Assembly: GCF_000195955.2 (NCBI RefSeq) | Contig: NC_000962.3 | Location: 180,001 to 212,000, forward strand | DNA from: Mycobacterium tuberculosis H37Rv | GTDB taxonomy: Bacteria > Actinomycetota > Actinomycetes > Mycobacteriales > Mycobacteriaceae | Reading direction: 5' to 3' | Length of the DNA: 32,000 nucleotides | The notes under the pieces: model-generated | Seen by the model: only the letters and a program-made list of their open reading frames with translations | What the model was told of the DNA's origin: nothing | The model's database searches: none | Made by a program: the position numbers and the translations under genes | Part shown: positions 14,993 through 24,068 of the stretch, in pieces | Layout: each line of letters starts with the position of its first letter | Position numbering within the stretch: position 1 is the first letter of the stretch

Positions 14993-16657
14993 TTGACCGC
15001 GCAACTGGCCAGTCACCTGACGCGGGCGCTAACACTAGCCCAACAGCAGCCCTACCTTGCTCGCCGGCAGAACTGGGTCAACCAGCTCGAACGGCACGCG
15101 ATGATGCAGCCAGACGCGCCGGCGCTGAGGTTTGTGGGCAACACCATGACGTGGGCTGACCTAAGGCGCCGGGTTGCGGCGCTGGCGGGCGCATTGAGCG
15201 GTCGCGGGGTCGGTTTCGGCGATCGGGTCATGATCCTGATGCTTAACCGCACCGAGTTCGTCGAGTCGGTGCTGGCCGCCAACATGATCGGGGCCATCGC
15301 CGTACCACTGAATTTCCGGCTCACCCCAACCGAAATCGCCGTCCTGGTCGAAGACTGTGTCGCACACGTGATGCTGACCGAAGCTGCGCTGGCTCCGGTG
15401 GCCATCGGTGTCCGCAACATCCAGCCCTTGCTGAGCGTGATCGTGGTCGCCGGCGGATCCAGCCAGGACAGCGTGTTCGGCTATGAGGACCTACTCAACG
15501 AGGCCGGGGATGTCCACGAACCGGTGGACATCCCGAACGACTCGCCGGCCTTGATCATGTACACCTCGGGCACCACCGGCCGCCCGAAGGGCGCCGTGCT
15601 GACTCACGCGAACCTCACCGGTCAGGCGATGACCGCGCTCTACACCAGTGGCGCCAATATCAACAGCGACGTCGGTTTCGTCGGCGTCCCGCTGTTCCAT
15701 ATCGCCGGAATCGGCAACATGCTGACCGGGCTGCTGCTCGGCTTGCCCACGGTGATCTATCCGCTGGGCGCGTTCGACCCGGGACAGCTGCTCGACGTGC
15801 TGGAGGCAGAGAAGGTCACCGGCATCTTTCTGGTTCCCGCGCAGTGGCAGGCGGTCTGTACCGAACAGCAAGCACGACCACGTGACTTGAGGTTACGGGT
15901 GTTGTCGTGGGGAGCTGCGCCGGCGCCGGATGCGTTGCTGCGGCAGATGTCGGCAACCTTTCCCGAAACCCAGATACTGGCCGCATTCGGCCAGACCGAG
16001 ATGTCACCGGTCACCTGCATGCTGCTCGGCGAAGATGCGATCGCTAAGCGCGGATCGGTCGGCAGGGTGATCCCGACCGTCGCCGCAAGGGTGGTCGATC
16101 AGAACATGAACGATGTCCCCGTCGGCGAAGTGGGCGAAATTGTCTACCGGGCACCAACATTGATGAGCTGCTACTGGAACAACCCGGAGGCCACCGCGGA
16201 GGCGTTCGCAGGCGGCTGGTTCCATTCTGGGGATCTGGTTCGTATGGACTCCGACGGTTACGTCTGGGTGGTGGACCGCAAGAAGGACATGATTATCTCC
16301 GGCGGTGAAAACATTTACTGCGCCGAGCTGGAAAACGTTCTGGCCAGCCATCCCGACATCGCCGAAGTCGCGGTCATCGGCCGGGCCGACGAGAAGTGGG
16401 GAGAGGTGCCGATCGCGGTCGCGGCCGTAACGAACGACGACCTTCGGATCGAAGACCTAGGTGAGTTCCTGACCGACCGGCTTGCGCGCTACAAGCACCC
16501 CAAGGCGCTCGAGATCGTGGACGCTCTGCCCCGCAACCCCGCGGGGAAGGTGCTCAAGACTGAACTGCGATTGCGCTACGGCGCCTGTGTGAATGTTGAA
16601 AGACGTTCTGCATCAGCTGGTTTCACGGAGAGAAGGGAAAACCGACAGAAATTGTAA
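14993..16657 (+). CDS. fadD5: Fatty-acid-CoA ligase / acyl-AMP ligase FadD5, first gene of the mce1 operon
   Basis: 554-aa ORF with AMP-binding motifs YTSGTTGRPKG and GDLVRMDSDGYVWVVDRKKDMIISGGENIY. The TTG start at 14993 is preceded by the purine tract AGGAAGGGAAGGAAGGGA. Confidence 0.9.
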   Translation: MTAQLASHLTRALTLAQQQPYLARRQNWVNQLERHAMMQPDAPALRFVGNTMTWADLRRRVAALAGALSGRGVGFGDRVMILMLNRTEFVESVLAANMIGAIAVPLNFRLTPTEIAVLVEDCVAHVMLTEAALAPVAIGVRNIQPLLSVIVVAGGSSQDSVFGYEDLLNEAGDVHEPVDIPNDSPALIMYTSGTTGRPKGAVLTHANLTGQAMTALYTSGANINSDVGFVGVPLFHIAGIGNMLTGLLLGLPTVIYPLGAFDPGQLLDVLEAEKVTGIFLVPAQWQAVCTEQQARPRDLRLRVLSWGAAPAPDALLRQMSATFPETQILAAFGQTEMSPVTCMLLGEDAIAKRGSVGRVIPTVAARVVDQNMNDVPVGEVGEIVYRAPTLMSCYWNNPEATAEAFAGGWFHSGDLVRMDSDGYVWVVDRKKDMIISGGENIYCAELENVLASHPDIAEVAVIGRADEKWGEVPIAVAAVTNDDLRIEDLGEFLTDRLARYKHPKALEIVDALPRNPAGKVLKTELRLRYGACVNVERRSASAGFTERRENRQKL

Positions 16658-16739
16658 CGTTTGCCCGCTATTGACGAAGGGTTAAATGTGCGGATGCCTT
16701 ACACTCCTGGCTGGCCATCGGGTAGATTCCTGTGGTCTC

Positions 16740-16760
16740 CGTTACTCCCTGTGAGTAACG
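16740..16760 (+). promoter_or_regulatory. Perfect 8-bp stem / 5-nt loop hairpin in the fadD5-yrbE1A spacer
   Basis: CGTTACTC (16740-16747), loop CCTGT, GAGTAACG (16753-16760). No T-tract follows. Confidence 0.4.
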
Positions 16761-16860
16761 AGGTGGCGGTCACACACCAAGGGTCGGGGCAAGGAGGAGG
16801 CGTGCGACATGATGCGCCGCGGCGCCGCGATACCCAGGTCGGCGGCTTGAGGGAGCCGCG

Positions 16861-17658
16861 GTGACGACGTCGACAACGCTTGGCGGTTACGTCCGCGACC
16901 AACTGCAAACCCCGCTGACCCTCGTCGGTGGATTCTTTCGCATGTGTGTGCTGACTGGAAAGGCGCTGTTTCGCTGGCCGTTCCAGTGGCGCGAGTTCAT
17001 TCTGCAGTGCTGGTTCATCATGCGGGTCGGATTTTTACCGACGATCATGGTCTCGATACCGCTGACGGTGCTGTTGATCTTCACGCTCAATATTCTGCTG
17101 GCCCAGTTCGGCGCGGCAGACATCTCCGGTTCCGGCGCGGCGATCGGCGCGGTCACCCAGCTTGGCCCGCTGACAACGGTGCTGGTGGTCGCCGGCGCCG
17201 GATCCACGGCCATCTGCGCCGACCTGGGTGCCCGCACCATCCGCGAGGAAATCGACGCGATGGAGGTGCTGGGCATCGATCCCATCCACCGTCTGGTGGT
17301 GCCGCGGGTGCTCGCCTCGATGCTGGTCGCCACGCTGCTCAACGGCTTGGTGATCACCGTCGGCCTGGTCGGTGGCTTTCTCTTCGGTGTCTATCTGCAG
17401 AACGTTTCGGGCGGCGCCTACCTTGCCACGCTGACCTTGATCACCGGCCTGCCCGAGGTGGTCATCGCAACCATCAAAGCCGCAACGTTCGGCCTGATCG
17501 CGGGCCTTGTCGGCTGCTATCGGGGGCTGACCGTCCGTGGCGGTTCCAAGGGTCTTGGCACCGCCGTCAACGAGACCGTGGTGCTGTGTGTGATTGCCCT
17601 GTTCGCCGTCAACGTGATCTTGACGACCATCGGTGTGCGATTCGGGACGGGGCGCTGA
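16861..17658 (+). CDS. yrbE1A: Mce1 transporter permease YrbE1A (MlaE-like)
   Basis: 265-aa polytopic ORF with the conserved REEIDAMEVLGIDP loop. GTG start has GGGAG 5 nt upstream. Confidence 0.92.
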   Translation: MTTSTTLGGYVRDQLQTPLTLVGGFFRMCVLTGKALFRWPFQWREFILQCWFIMRVGFLPTIMVSIPLTVLLIFTLNILLAQFGAADISGSGAAIGAVTQLGPLTTVLVVAGAGSTAICADLGARTIREEIDAMEVLGIDPIHRLVVPRVLASMLVATLLNGLVITVGLVGGFLFGVYLQNVSGGAYLATLTLITGLPEVVIATIKAATFGLIAGLVGCYRGLTVRGGSKGLGTAVNETVVLCVIALFAVNVILTTIGVRFGTGR

Positions 17659-17659
17659 C

Positions 17660-18529
17660 ATGTCGACCGCTGCTGTGCTGCGCGCCCGCTTCCCGCGGGC
17701 GGTCGCCAACCTTCGTCAATATGGAGGTGCGGCGGCCCGTGGATTGGACGAGGCCGGCCAGCTCACCTGGTTCGCTTTGACCAGCATCGGGCAGATCGCG
17801 CACGCGCTGCGCTACTACCGCAAGGAGACGCTGCGGCTGATCGCCCAGATCGGCATGGGTACCGGCGCGATGGCCGTCGTCGGCGGCACGGTCGCCATCG
17901 TTGGCTTTGTCACGCTGTCCGGCAGCTCGCTGGTCGCAATCCAGGGCTTCGCGTCGCTGGGCAACATCGGTGTCGAGGCGTTCACCGGGTTCTTCGCCGC
18001 ACTGATCAACGTGCGCATCGCCGGCCCAGTTGTCACGGGTGTCGCCCTGGCGGCCACGGTCGGTGCGGGTGCTACGGCCGAGCTGGGCGCGATGCGGATC
18101 AGCGAGGAGATCGATGCCCTGGAAGTGATGGGCATCAAGTCGATCTCGTTTCTGGCCTCCACCCGGATCATGGCCGGGCTGGTGGTGATCATCCCGCTGT
18201 ACGCGTTGGCGATGATTATGTCGTTCCTGTCCCCGCAGATCACCACCACGGTGCTCTACGGGCAGTCGAACGGCACCTACGAGCATTACTTTCAAACGTT
18301 CCTGCGTCCCGACGATGTCTTTTGGTCCTTCTTGGAGGCCCTCATCATCACTGCGATCGTCATGGTCAGCCACTGCTACTACGGGTACGCCGCCGGTGGA
18401 GGCCCCGTCGGTGTCGGCGAGGCCGTCGGCCGATCGATGCGTTTCTCGTTGGTCTCGGTGCAGGTCGTTGTCCTGTTTGCAGCGTTGGCGCTCTACGGTG
18501 TCGACCCGAACTTCAATCTCACGGTGTAG
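17660..18529 (+). CDS. yrbE1B: Mce1 transporter permease YrbE1B (MlaE-like)
   Basis: ORF 17633..18529 with the SEEIDALEVMGIKS loop. ATG 17660 lies 1 nt after the yrbE1A stop. Confidence 0.92.
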   Translation: MSTAAVLRARFPRAVANLRQYGGAAARGLDEAGQLTWFALTSIGQIAHALRYYRKETLRLIAQIGMGTGAMAVVGGTVAIVGFVTLSGSSLVAIQGFASLGNIGVEAFTGFFAALINVRIAGPVVTGVALAATVGAGATAELGAMRISEEIDALEVMGIKSISFLASTRIMAGLVVIIPLYALAMIMSFLSPQITTTVLYGQSNGTYEHYFQTFLRPDDVFWSFLEALIITAIVMVSHCYYGYAAGGGPVGVGEAVGRSMRFSLVSVQVVVLFAALALYGVDPNFNLTV

Positions 18530-18533
18530 CCGC

Positions 18534-19898
18534 ATGACGACGCCGGGGAAGCTGAACAAGGCGCGAGTGCCGCCCTACAAGACGGCGGGTTTGGGTCTAG
18601 TGCTGGTCTTCGCGCTCGTAGTTGCCTTGGTATACCTGCAGTTTCGCGGGGAGTTCACGCCCAAGACGCAGTTGACGATGCTGTCCGCTCGTGCGGGTTT
18701 GGTGATGGATCCCGGGTCGAAGGTCACCTATAACGGGGTGGAGATCGGGCGGGTAGACACCATCTCGGAGGTCACACGTGACGGCGAGTCGGCGGCCAAG
18801 TTCATCTTGGATGTGGATCCGCGTTACATCCACCTGATTCCGGCAAATGTGAACGCCGACATCAAGGCGACCACGGTGTTCGGCGGTAAGTATGTGTCGT
18901 TGACCACGCCGAAAAACCCGACAAAGAGGCGGATAACGCCAAAAGACGTCATCGACGTACGGTCGGTGACCACCGAGATCAACACGTTGTTCCAGACGCT
19001 CACCTCGATCGCCGAGAAGGTGGATCCGGTCAAGCTGAACCTGACCCTGAGCGCGGCCGCGGAGGCGTTGACCGGGCTGGGCGATAAGTTCGGCGAGTCG
19101 ATCGTCAACGCCAACACCGTTCTGGATGACCTCAATTCGCGGATGCCGCAGTCGCGCCACGACATTCAGCAATTGGCGGCTCTGGGCGACGTCTACGCCG
19201 ACGCGGCGCCGGACCTGTTCGACTTTCTCGACAGTTCGGTGACCACCGCCCGCACCATCAATGCCCAGCAAGCGGAACTGGATTCGGCGCTGTTGGCGGC
19301 GGCCGGGTTCGGCAACACCACAGCCGATGTCTTCGACCGCGGCGGGCCGTATCTGCAGCGGGGGGTCGCCGACCTGGTCCCCACCGCCACCCTGCTCGAC
19401 ACTTATAGCCCGGAACTGTTCTGCACGATCCGCAACTTCTACGATGCCGATCCGCTCGCTAAAGCGGCGTCCGGTGGCGGTAACGGCTACTCGCTGAGGA
19501 CGAACTCAGAGATCCTATCCGGGATAGGTATCTCCTTGTTGTCTCCCCTGGCGTTAGCCACCAATGGGGCGGCAATCGGAATCGGACTGGTAGCCGGATT
19601 GATAGCGCCGCCCCTCGCGGTGGCCGCAAATCTAGCGGGAGCCCTACCCGGAATCGTTGGCGGCGCGCCCAATCCCTATACCTATCCGGAGAATCTGCCG
19701 CGGGTGAACGCTCGCGGTGGCCCGGGGGGCGCCCCCGGTTGCTGGCAGCCGATCACCCGGGATCTGTGGCCAGCGCCGTATCTGGTGATGGACACCGGTG
19801 CCAGCCTCGCCCCGTACAACCACATGGAGGTTGGCTCGCCTTATGCAGTCGAGTACGTCTGGGGCCGTCAGGTAGGGGATAACACGATCAACCCATGA
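18534..19898 (+). CDS. mce1A: MCE-family substrate-binding/tunnel protein Mce1A
   Basis: ORF 18315..19898. ATG 18534 is chosen because the extension overlaps yrbE1B. It has a TM helix GLGLVLVFALVVALVYL, the MCE/MlaD motif KVTYNGVEIGRVDTI and a hydrophobic insert near the C-terminus. Confidence 0.92.
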   Translation: MTTPGKLNKARVPPYKTAGLGLVLVFALVVALVYLQFRGEFTPKTQLTMLSARAGLVMDPGSKVTYNGVEIGRVDTISEVTRDGESAAKFILDVDPRYIHLIPANVNADIKATTVFGGKYVSLTTPKNPTKRRITPKDVIDVRSVTTEINTLFQTLTSIAEKVDPVKLNLTLSAAAEALTGLGDKFGESIVNANTVLDDLNSRMPQSRHDIQQLAALGDVYADAAPDLFDFLDSSVTTARTINAQQAELDSALLAAAGFGNTTADVFDRGGPYLQRGVADLVPTATLLDTYSPELFCTIRNFYDADPLAKAASGGGNGYSLRTNSEILSGIGISLLSPLALATNGAAIGIGLVAGLIAPPLAVAANLAGALPGIVGGAPNPYTYPENLPRVNARGGPGGAPGCWQPITRDLWPAPYLVMDTGASLAPYNHMEVGSPYAVEYVWGRQVGDNTINP

Positions 19899-20935
19899 AA
19901 ATCACTGGAACCGTCGTCAAACTCGGCATCGTCTCGGTGGTGCTGCTGTTCTTCACGGTGATGATCATCGTGATTTTCGGTCAGATGCGCTTCGACCGGA
20001 CTAATGGCTATACCGCGGAGTTCAGCAATGTCAGCGGGCTGCGCCAAGGCCAGTTTGTCCGTGCTTCGGGGGTAGAGATCGGCAAGGTCAAAGCACTACA
20101 CCTGGTCGACGGTGGCCGTCGGGTTCGGGTGGAGTTCAATATCGATCGTTCGGTGCCGTTGTATCAGTCCACGACCGCCCAGATCCGCTATTCCGACCTG
20201 ATCGGTAACCGGTACGTGGAGCTCAAACGGGGTGAGGGCAAGGGGGCCAACGATCTGCTGCCGCCAGGTGGACTCATCCCATTGTCCCGCACGTCACCGG
20301 CCTTGGATCTGGACGCGTTGATCGGTGGTTTCAAGCCGGTGTTTCGGGCGTTGGATCCCGCGAAGGTGAACAACATCGCCAACGCGCTCATCACCGTCTT
20401 CCAGGGGCAAGGTGGCACCATAAACGACATCCTCGACCAGACCGCGCAACTGACCAGCCAGATCGCGGAGCGCGATCAGGCGATCGGTGAGGTTGTCAAG
20501 AACCTGAACATCGTGCTGGACACCACGGTCAAGCATCGAAAAGAGTTCGACGAGACGGTCAATAACTTGGAGAATCTGATCACTGGGCTGAGGAACCACT
20601 CCGACCAGTTGGCCGGCGGCCTCGCGCACATCAGCAACGGCGCCGGCACGGTGGCCGACCTGCTTGCCGAGAATCGCACGTTGGTGCGCAAGGCCGTCAG
20701 CTACCTGGACGCTATTCAGCAACCGGTCATCGACCAGCGCGTCGAGTTGGACGACCTGCTCCACAAGACGCCGACCGCGTTGACGGCGCTCGGACGCGCC
20801 AACGGAACCTACGGCGATTTCCAGAACTTCTACCTCTGCGACCTCCAGATCAAGTGGAACGGATTCCAAGCCGGAGGGCCGGTCCGCACGGTGAAGCTCT
20901 TTAGCCAGCCGACGGGTAGGTGCACGCCGCAATGA
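19895..20935 (+). CDS. mce1B: MCE-family protein Mce1B
   Basis: 346-aa ORF. ATGA overlap with the mce1A stop, an N-terminal TM helix and the MCE motif VRASGVEIGKVKAL. Confidence 0.92.
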   Translation: MKITGTVVKLGIVSVVLLFFTVMIIVIFGQMRFDRTNGYTAEFSNVSGLRQGQFVRASGVEIGKVKALHLVDGGRRVRVEFNIDRSVPLYQSTTAQIRYSDLIGNRYVELKRGEGKGANDLLPPGGLIPLSRTSPALDLDALIGGFKPVFRALDPAKVNNIANALITVFQGQGGTINDILDQTAQLTSQIAERDQAIGEVVKNLNIVLDTTVKHRKEFDETVNNLENLITGLRNHSDQLAGGLAHISNGAGTVADLLAENRTLVRKAVSYLDAIQQPVIDQRVELDDLLHKTPTALTALGRANGTYGDFQNFYLCDLQIKWNGFQAGGPVRTVKLFSQPTGRCTPQ

Positions 20936-22479
20936 GAACGCTGGAACCACCCAACCGAATGCGAATTGGGCTCATGGGCATCGTCGTTGCGCTGCTCGTT
21001 GTCGCTGTGGGCCAAAGCTTTACCAGTGTTCCCATGCTATTCGCAAAGCCGAGCTACTACGGCCAGTTCACCGACTCCGGCGGACTGCACAAGGGCGACA
21101 GGGTACGCATCGCCGGCTTGGGAGTGGGCACCGTGGAGGGGCTCAAGATCGACGGCGACCACATCGTGGTCAAGTTCTCCATCGGCACCAACACCATCGG
21201 CACCGAGAGCCGCCTAGCCATCCGCACCGACACCATCCTGGGTAGGAAAGTGCTCGAGATCGAGCCGCGCGGCGCCCAAGCGTTGCCGCCCGGGGGCGTT
21301 TTGCCGGTTGGGCAAAGCACCACCCCGTACCAGATTTACGACGCGTTCTTCGACGTCACCAAGGCCGCATCCGGCTGGGACATCGAGACGGTCAAGCGGT
21401 CGCTGAATGTGTTGTCGGAGACCGTTGATCAGACCTATCCGCACCTGAGCGCCGCCCTCGACGGGGTGGCTAAGTTCTCCGACACCATCGGCAAGCGCGA
21501 CGAGCAGATCACGCACCTACTAGCCCAGGCCAACCAGGTGGCCAGCATCCTGGGTGATCGCAGTGAGCAGGTCGACCGCCTATTGGTCAACGCTAAGACC
21601 CTGATCGCCGCGTTCAACGAGCGCGGCCGCGCGGTCGACGCCCTGCTGGGGAACATCTCCGCTTTCTCGGCCCAGGTGCAAAACCTTATCAACGACAACC
21701 CGAACCTGAACCATGTGCTCGAGCAGCTGCGCATCCTCACCGACCTGTTGGTCGACCGCAAGGAGGATTTGGCTGAAACCCTGACGATCTTGGGCAGATT
21801 CAGCGCGTCGTTCGGTGAGACGTTTGCCTCTGGGCCCTACTTCAAAGTGCTGCTGGCCAACCTGGTGCCGGGTCAGATCTTGCAGCCGTTTGTCGATGCG
21901 GCATTCAAGAAGCGTGGTATTAGCCCGGAGGACTTCTGGCGCAGCGCCGGGCTGCCGGCATACCGGTGGCCCGACCCCAATGGCACCCGGTTCCCCAACG
22001 GTGCGCCGCCGCCACCACCGCCGGTGTTGGAGGGCACGCCCGAGCATCCCGGGCCGGCGGTGCCGCCGGGATCGCCGTGCTCCTACACCCCGCCGGCGGA
22101 CGGTCTGCCGCGGCCGTGGGATCCGCTGCCCTGCGCTAACCTCACTCAAGGTCCATTCGGTGGCCCCGATTTCCCGGCGCCGCTGGATGTCGCGACGTCG
22201 CCGCCGAACCCAGACGGTCCACCGCCCGCCCCGGGCCTACCAATCGCGGGACGTCCGGGTGAGGTGCCGCCGAACGTTCCCGGCACGCCGGTGCCGATTC
22301 CACAGGAGGCTCCCCCCGGGGCACGCACGCTGCCCCTCGGGCCGGCGCCTGGTCCGGCTCCGCCCCCGGCGGCGCCAGGCCCGCCGGCACCACCGGGCCC
22401 CGGGCCGCAGTTGCCGGCCCCGTTCATCAACCCCGGCGGCACCGGCGGTAGTGGCGTGACGGGAGGTAGCGAGAATTGA
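20932..22479 (+). CDS. mce1C: MCE-family protein Mce1C with proline-rich C-terminal tail
   Basis: ORF 20920..22479. ATG 20932 forms an ATGA overlap with the mce1B stop. It has the MCE motif VRIAGLGVGTVEGL and a long P/G/A tail. Confidence 0.92.
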   Translation: MRTLEPPNRMRIGLMGIVVALLVVAVGQSFTSVPMLFAKPSYYGQFTDSGGLHKGDRVRIAGLGVGTVEGLKIDGDHIVVKFSIGTNTIGTESRLAIRTDTILGRKVLEIEPRGAQALPPGGVLPVGQSTTPYQIYDAFFDVTKAASGWDIETVKRSLNVLSETVDQTYPHLSAALDGVAKFSDTIGKRDEQITHLLAQANQVASILGDRSEQVDRLLVNAKTLIAAFNERGRAVDALLGNISAFSAQVQNLINDNPNLNHVLEQLRILTDLLVDRKEDLAETLTILGRFSASFGETFASGPYFKVLLANLVPGQILQPFVDAAFKKRGISPEDFWRSAGLPAYRWPDPNGTRFPNGAPPPPPPVLEGTPEHPGPAVPPGSPCSYTPPADGLPRPWDPLPCANLTQGPFGGPDFPAPLDVATSPPNPDGPPPAPGLPIAGRPGEVPPNVPGTPVPIPQEAPPGARTLPLGPAPGPAPPPAAPGPPAPPGPGPQLPAPFINPGGTGGSGVTGGSEN

Positions 22480-24068
22480 GCACCATCTTTGATATCCGCA
22501 ACCTGCGGTTGCCGCAGCTGTCGCGGGCCTCGGTTGTCATCGGATCGTTGGTGGTGGTGCTGGCGCTGGCCGCCGGAATTGTTGGTGTGCGGCTCTATCA
22601 AAAACTGACGAACAACACGGTGGTCGCCTACTTCACCCAAGCCAATGCGCTGTATGTCGGAGACAAGGTCCAGATTATGGGCCTCCCGGTCGGTTCGATC
22701 GACAAGATCGAACCAGCCGGCGACAAAATGAAGGTGACTTTCCACTACCAGAACAAGTACAAGGTGCCTGCCAATGCCTCCGCGGTGATCCTCAACCCCA
22801 CCTTGGTGGCGTCGCGGAACATTCAGTTGGAGCCACCCTACAGAGGTGGTCCAGTGCTGGCCGATAATGCGGTGATCCCGGTCGAGCGCACCCAGGTACC
22901 GACGGAGTGGGACGAGCTGCGGGACAGCGTTTCGCATATTATCGACGAGCTCGGCCCGACACCTGAGCAGCCCAAGGGGCCGTTCGGCGAAGTCATCGAG
23001 GCATTCGCCGACGGGCTGGCCGGCAAGGGTAAGCAAATCAACACCACGCTGAACAGCCTGTCGCAGGCGTTGAACGCCTTGAATGAGGGCCGCGGCGACT
23101 TCTTCGCGGTGGTACGCAGCCTGGCGCTATTCGTCAACGCGCTACATCAGGACGACCAACAGTTCGTCGCGTTGAACAAGAACCTTGCGGAGTTCACCGA
23201 CAGGTTGACCCACTCCGATGCGGACCTGTCGAACGCCATCCAGCAATTCGACAGCTTGCTCGCCGTCGCGCGCCCGTTCTTCGCCAAGAACCGCGAGGTG
23301 CTGACGCATGACGTCAATAATCTCGCGACCGTGACCACCACGTTGCTGCAGCCCGATCCGTTGGATGGGTTGGAGACCGTCCTGCACATCTTCCCGACGC
23401 TGGCGGCGAACATTAACCAGCTTTACCATCCGACACACGGTGGCGTGGTGTCGCTTTCCGCGTTCACGAATTTCGCCAACCCGATGGAGTTCATCTGCAG
23501 CTCGATTCAGGCGGGTAGCCGGCTCGGTTATCAAGAGTCGGCCGAACTCTGTGCGCAGTATCTGGCGCCAGTCCTCGATGCGATCAAGTTCAACTACTTT
23601 CCGTTCGGCCTGAACGTGGCCAGCACCGCCTCGACACTGCCTAAAGAGATCGCGTACTCCGAGCCCCGCTTGCAGCCGCCCAACGGGTACAAGGACACCA
23701 CGGTGCCCGGCATCTGGGTGCCGGATACGCCGTTGTCACACCGCAACACGCAGCCCGGTTGGGTGGTGGCACCCGGGATGCAAGGGGTTCAGGTGGGACC
23801 GATCACGCAGGGTTTGCTGACGCCGGAGTCCCTGGCCGAACTCATGGGTGGTCCCGATATCGCCCCTCCGTCGTCAGGGCTGCAAACCCCGCCCGGACCC
23901 CCGAATGCGTACGACGAGTACCCCGTGCTGCCGCCGATCGGTTTACAGGCCCCACAGGTGCCGATACCACCGCCGCCTCCTGGGCCCGACGTAATCCCGG
24001 GTCCGGTGCCACCGACGCCGGCACCGGTGGGGGCGCCGTTGCCCGCTGAGGCAGGAGGGGGTCAATGA
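22476..24068 (+). CDS. mce1D: MCE-family protein Mce1D with proline-rich C-terminal tail
   Basis: 530-aa ORF. The TTG start overlaps the mce1C TGA (TTGA). It has a TM helix and the MCE motif VQIMGLPVGSIDKI. Confidence 0.92.
   Translation: MSTIFDIRNLRLPQLSRASVVIGSLVVVLALAAGIVGVRLYQKLTNNTVVAYFTQANALYVGDKVQIMGLPVGSIDKIEPAGDKMKVTFHYQNKYKVPANASAVILNPTLVASRNIQLEPPYRGGPVLADNAVIPVERTQVPTEWDELRDSVSHIIDELGPTPEQPKGPFGEVIEAFADGLAGKGKQINTTLNSLSQALNALNEGRGDFFAVVRSLALFVNALHQDDQQFVALNKNLAEFTDRLTHSDADLSNAIQQFDSLLAVARPFFAKNREVLTHDVNNLATVTTTLLQPDPLDGLETVLHIFPTLAANINQLYHPTHGGVVSLSAFTNFANPMEFICSSIQAGSRLGYQESAELCAQYLAPVLDAIKFNYFPFGLNVASTASTLPKEIAYSEPRLQPPNGYKDTTVPGIWVPDTPLSHRNTQPGWVVAPGMQGVQVGPITQGLLTPESLAELMGGPDIAPPSSGLQTPPGPPNAYDEYPVLPPIGLQAPQVPIPPPPPGPDVIPGPVPPTPAPVGAPLPAEAGGGQ

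Noticed and set aside
16661-16801. Upstream part of the 67-aa ORF filling the fadD5-yrbE1A spacer, considered as a protein-coding gene
   Set aside because: It has a TTG start without an SD and no recognisable sequence, and the hairpin and promoter-like boxes lie inside it. Only its last 20 codons, behind a strong SD, are retained as a uORF hypothesis.
17609-18559. 316-aa antisense ORF opposite yrbE1B, and the 18315-18533 extension of mce1A
   Set aside because: Both overlap the well-supported yrbE1B frame. The translations are Arg/Asp/His- or Ser/Arg-rich. ATG 18534 sits 4 nt after the yrbE1B stop, like the other coupled junctions.
22146-23036. 296-aa antisense ORF across the mce1C/mce1D junction, and the 214-aa alternative-frame ORF 21815-22459
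   Set aside because: Both are products of the proline-codon-rich tail (CCG/GGC repeats are open in all frames), with no independent coding signal.
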